Under the pieces are notes generated by a model. That model was not told the DNA's origin. It saw only the letters and a program-made list of their open reading frames with translations, and searched no databases. A DNA stretch of 64,000 nucleotides from Eledone cirrhosa (Eukaryota): positions 20,894,001 through 20,958,000 of the forward strand of contig OZ024759.1 of assembly GCA_964016885.1 (NCBI GenBank), in the 5' to 3' direction. The translations under genes and the position numbers were made by a program. This document shows, piece after piece, positions 60,560 through 64,000 of this stretch; positions within the stretch are counted from its first letter, which is position 1; the number at the start of each line of letters is the position of its first letter.

Positions 60560-60848
60560 ATCTATCTAAGGCGGGTAAAATTCCCGAGATCCATGGACGA
60601 GTTCTCTCCAGCGGTCTCTGTCCCTCATTATCGCTGCCATGTCCTGCGTCTCCAACAGACCAGTGTCTGTCCTTAGGGCATCAAAATACGTTAACCTTGG
60701 TCTTCCTTTTCTAGTGTGTCCATGTAGGGGCTCCCAAGGGAGCACTGAGTGCAATGTCAACTCTGGATGTCGGTGAGCATGTCCAGCCAACCTCAGTCTC
60801 CTCTGTGTCACTTTTGAGCTGACTTTTGGGATGCTCCCATACAGCTCC
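60560..60848 (-). mobile_element. RTE LINE 3' fragment, near-identical to 3490-3771
   Basis: ELYGSIPKVSSKVTQRRLRLAGHAHRH..REFYPP; (TAGA)-like tail; embedded in TA tract. Confidence 0.9.
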
Positions 60849-60881
60849 ATACGTATATATATATATACATATATATACTTA

Positions 60882-61577
60882 TCATCACCTCCACGTCATG
60901 CAAATCTCTCAGATCCCTCGGCAGCTTGTTGAAGAGTTGAGGGCCCTTGAATCCCAGGCTATTGCAATACCTGCTCCTTATTCTAGATGTGGAAGACGGG
61001 ACCTTTGGCACCACACAGTGACGTCCTGTTCGACGGTTGGTCCAGCTCCCAATGCCAAAGTTTGGTGCTATTCCCTCCAGGATTTTCCACATGTAGATCA
61101 CTGCGTATCTCTCCCGTCTTCGTTCCAAGGAGTAGAGGTTCAGTTCCTTTAGCCTCTCCCAGTAGCTTGCCTCCTTCATCGTGGCAATCCTCTTGGTGTA
61201 GCTTCGCTGGATTGCCTCAAGCACCGTGGTTAGTTTGACACTATGGGGTGACCACAACTGGGAGCAGTAGTCCAGACGGCTTAGGACAAATGTCCTCCAT
61301 AGTGTCAACATGGTGTCTCAGTCTCTTGTCCGGAAAGTCCTCAAGATCCAGCCAGCGAGTCGTCTGCACATTGTCGACACTTTCATGTTGTGTGAAGAAA
61401 AATATGCATCATCGCTCATGTCTATACCCAGGTCTCGTATCGATTTTGACACGGGGATATCGGTCCCTCCTGGTCCTGTGTAGTTGTGTTCTACTATATT
61501 TGTGTTTGCAGGTTTGTTTGGAGGTTTGTATTGTAGGGCTTGGAATTTGCCAGCATTAAACTGCATGTTGTTTTCTA
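60882..61577 (-). pseudogene. CR1/L2-group LINE RT C-terminal fragment
   Basis: [40 protein letters not shown] motifs; in-frame stop at 61318. Confidence 0.88.
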
Positions 61578-61580
61578 TAC

Positions 61581-61611
<31 letters not shown>

Positions 61612-61640
61612 CATATATACACATATATATACATATATAT

Positions 61641-61803
<163 letters not shown>

Positions 61804-61828
61804 AATATATATATATATATATATATAT

Positions 61829-61871
<43 letters not shown>

Positions 61872-61896
61872 AATATATATATATATATATATATAT

Positions 61897-61939
<43 letters not shown>

Positions 61940-61962
61940 AATATATATATATATATATATAT

Positions 61963-61993
<31 letters not shown>

Positions 61994-62040
61994 CAAATAT
62001 ATATATATATATATATATACAAATATATATATATATATAT

Positions 62041-62082
<42 letters not shown>

Positions 62083-62698
62083 CTCTCTATGTATATGTAT
62101 GCCTGTGTATTCTAAATAGCCTGTTATGTAGTATTAATCATGTATGTATGTATGTATTAGATATACAATACCTCCCCTTCCACCTATGTTTTTCCTTGTA
62201 TGGTATAACGTAACTTATGATTTATAGAGCATGTAATAACTACAATGATATATATACTGGCAATATGTAGAAACATGGCAACCTCTTACATCGGTCGACT
62301 ATGCTACATGGACATTACATAATACCTGACGATCTGTGTGTATGTATATGTATATATATATATGTGTGTGTATGTATAAACACGTATATATTTATATATA
62401 TATTTATATATATATTTATATATATATTTATATATATTTATATATATATATATATGTATAAACACACTCTTACACACACATATATATATATATATGTGTG
62501 TGTGTATAAACACGTATATATATATATGTTATATATATATGTATACACGTGTATATATATGTAATATATATATATAAACACTCACACTCTCACACACACC
62601 CACACACACACATATATATATACATGTATATATGTAATATATATATAAACACACTCACACACACACATCTACTTTTATATATATATATATATATATAT

Positions 62699-62864
62699 AA
62701 CGAAGGAAATGTGGTAAGGAACCAGGTGGACCATAACGCACCAAAGTACTCAATACTTAGGGTAGTAGAGTGGGTAATAGGAACGAGTAGGACCCCGACG
62801 GCTGAGCTCAAGCCGTTTCGACGGCTAATTCTGAACTCAGCCGTCGGGGTCCTACTCGTTCCTA
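62699..62864. mobile_element. Foldback element family C
   Basis: Body plus short inverted arm ending CCTA-(TA)n. Confidence 0.8.
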
Positions 62865-62909
62865 TATATATATATATATATATACACTCACAACGTACAC
62901 ACATATATA

Positions 62910-63411
62910 TCTATATATATAAAGTTGTATTCCAGTCTGTCTGATTGTTTGTTTGTTCACGAACACCTCCTATGGTTTTGGAGATAGACCCGCATAACCA
63001 TATATATTCTGAAACTACATTTCCCAGGGTACTTGGATAAGTATATTTCATTTTAATCAAAGGGTTCCCCGGGGACACAAACCCCCGCTGAAAATGTTTT
63101 CCCTCGATTTATATGAAATGTAAACCATAGGTAAATGACAAGATATGATGCCTATTCACAAAAGTTTTGAATTTATATTTTGAAAAAAATTATTTACAAG
63201 AAACGAAATAAGAATAATATTTAATATAATTTTGATTTGATATATTACAAAAAAATGTTTTCCAATTTTTCATGCATTACATTTTACATTGAGTAATATT
63301 GAAATGCAGAGTTTTTCTCCATAAATTACATCACTGATTTAAAATCAATCATCATTTTCTTAGAAAAAAAAAAATGTGTGAAACGCAGCAAGGCGCGGGT
63401 AATTCGGCTAG
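62910..63411 (+). mobile_element. Non-autonomous Helitron
   Basis: A|TCTATATATATAAA start with GTCT/GTTT microsatellite; GC-rich subterminal hairpin remnant then CTAG|T. Confidence 0.65.
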
Positions 63412-63565
63412 TATGTATACATACATACACTTGTATTCAGGTGTATCAAAACGAGTCATCCGATTTTATTTACAATTTTTACAAATGGTCAATATGAAAA
63501 TAATTTTATAAAAATTTATTTAAGATATAAGAAGAACATTTTATATTCAGACATGTATTGTACCA

Positions 63566-63766
63566 CAGGCATGTCAAAGTGAGGGTCCCCCGAGGGCTAC
63601 ATGGATCACATATGTGTTTTCTGAGGGCCACACTCGACATCTAATTGCGCACATTACAACTAATATCTTTTTATTTTATATTACGAAGATAAAACATGCT
63701 CGCGCTATAAAAACCTTTGTATGGGCCGCAGGTGTTCTTGTAAAGGGCCGCATGTTTGACATGCCT
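63566..63766. mobile_element. hAT-type MITE
   Basis: TIRs CAGGCATGTCAAA / TTTGACATGCCT; approximate 8-bp TSD TTGTACCA / TTGTACGA. Confidence 0.7.
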
Positions 63767-64000
63767 TGTACGATTTACCGCATGAATATATGGTCATTTG
63801 TTTAAAAAAATATAACCTTTTGAAATTTAGACACAGGGTGTATCAAATATATATGAATTTTTTGTTCATCTTTGACCCTTTTCGAAAGCACCCCGTCCTC
63901 TCATATTTTAGGAATGTATAGAGACAATGGTTTAGCTACGAGGGTCACTTGAAAAGTTTATAGCATAAAGGTCCATAGCCTGACCAAGATACTCTCATGG

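Noticed and set aside
60566-61577. Single chimeric CR1-RTE element
   Set aside because: Fragments are separated by a TA tract at 60850-60880; adjacent independent insertions are simpler

Overview
Eukaryotic, very AT-rich and microsatellite-saturated DNA. The SINE types and (TA)n density are most consistent with a coleoid cephalopod such as Octopus (inference). No host protein-coding gene, rRNA, true tRNA or CRISPR array is supportable; almost all listed ORFs are translations of simple repeats. The real content is mobile-element derived: (1) several families of short foldback elements inserted in (TA)n tracts, carrying minimal type I hammerhead ribozymes (at least 7 near-intact, several decayed), the hallmark of Penelope-like retroelements; (2) RTE- and CR1-like LINE fragments, two with twin-priming-type 5' inversions; (3) a 3.9-kb array of 32 x 123-bp units amplified from the RTE ORF C-terminus, with an 11-unit higher-order duplication and a 3-unit paralog 39 kb away sharing nearly the same junction; (4) tRNA-derived Nin- and CORE-type SINEs, Tc1/mariner, pogo, piggyBac and hAT MITEs, a Helitron, and several minisatellites.
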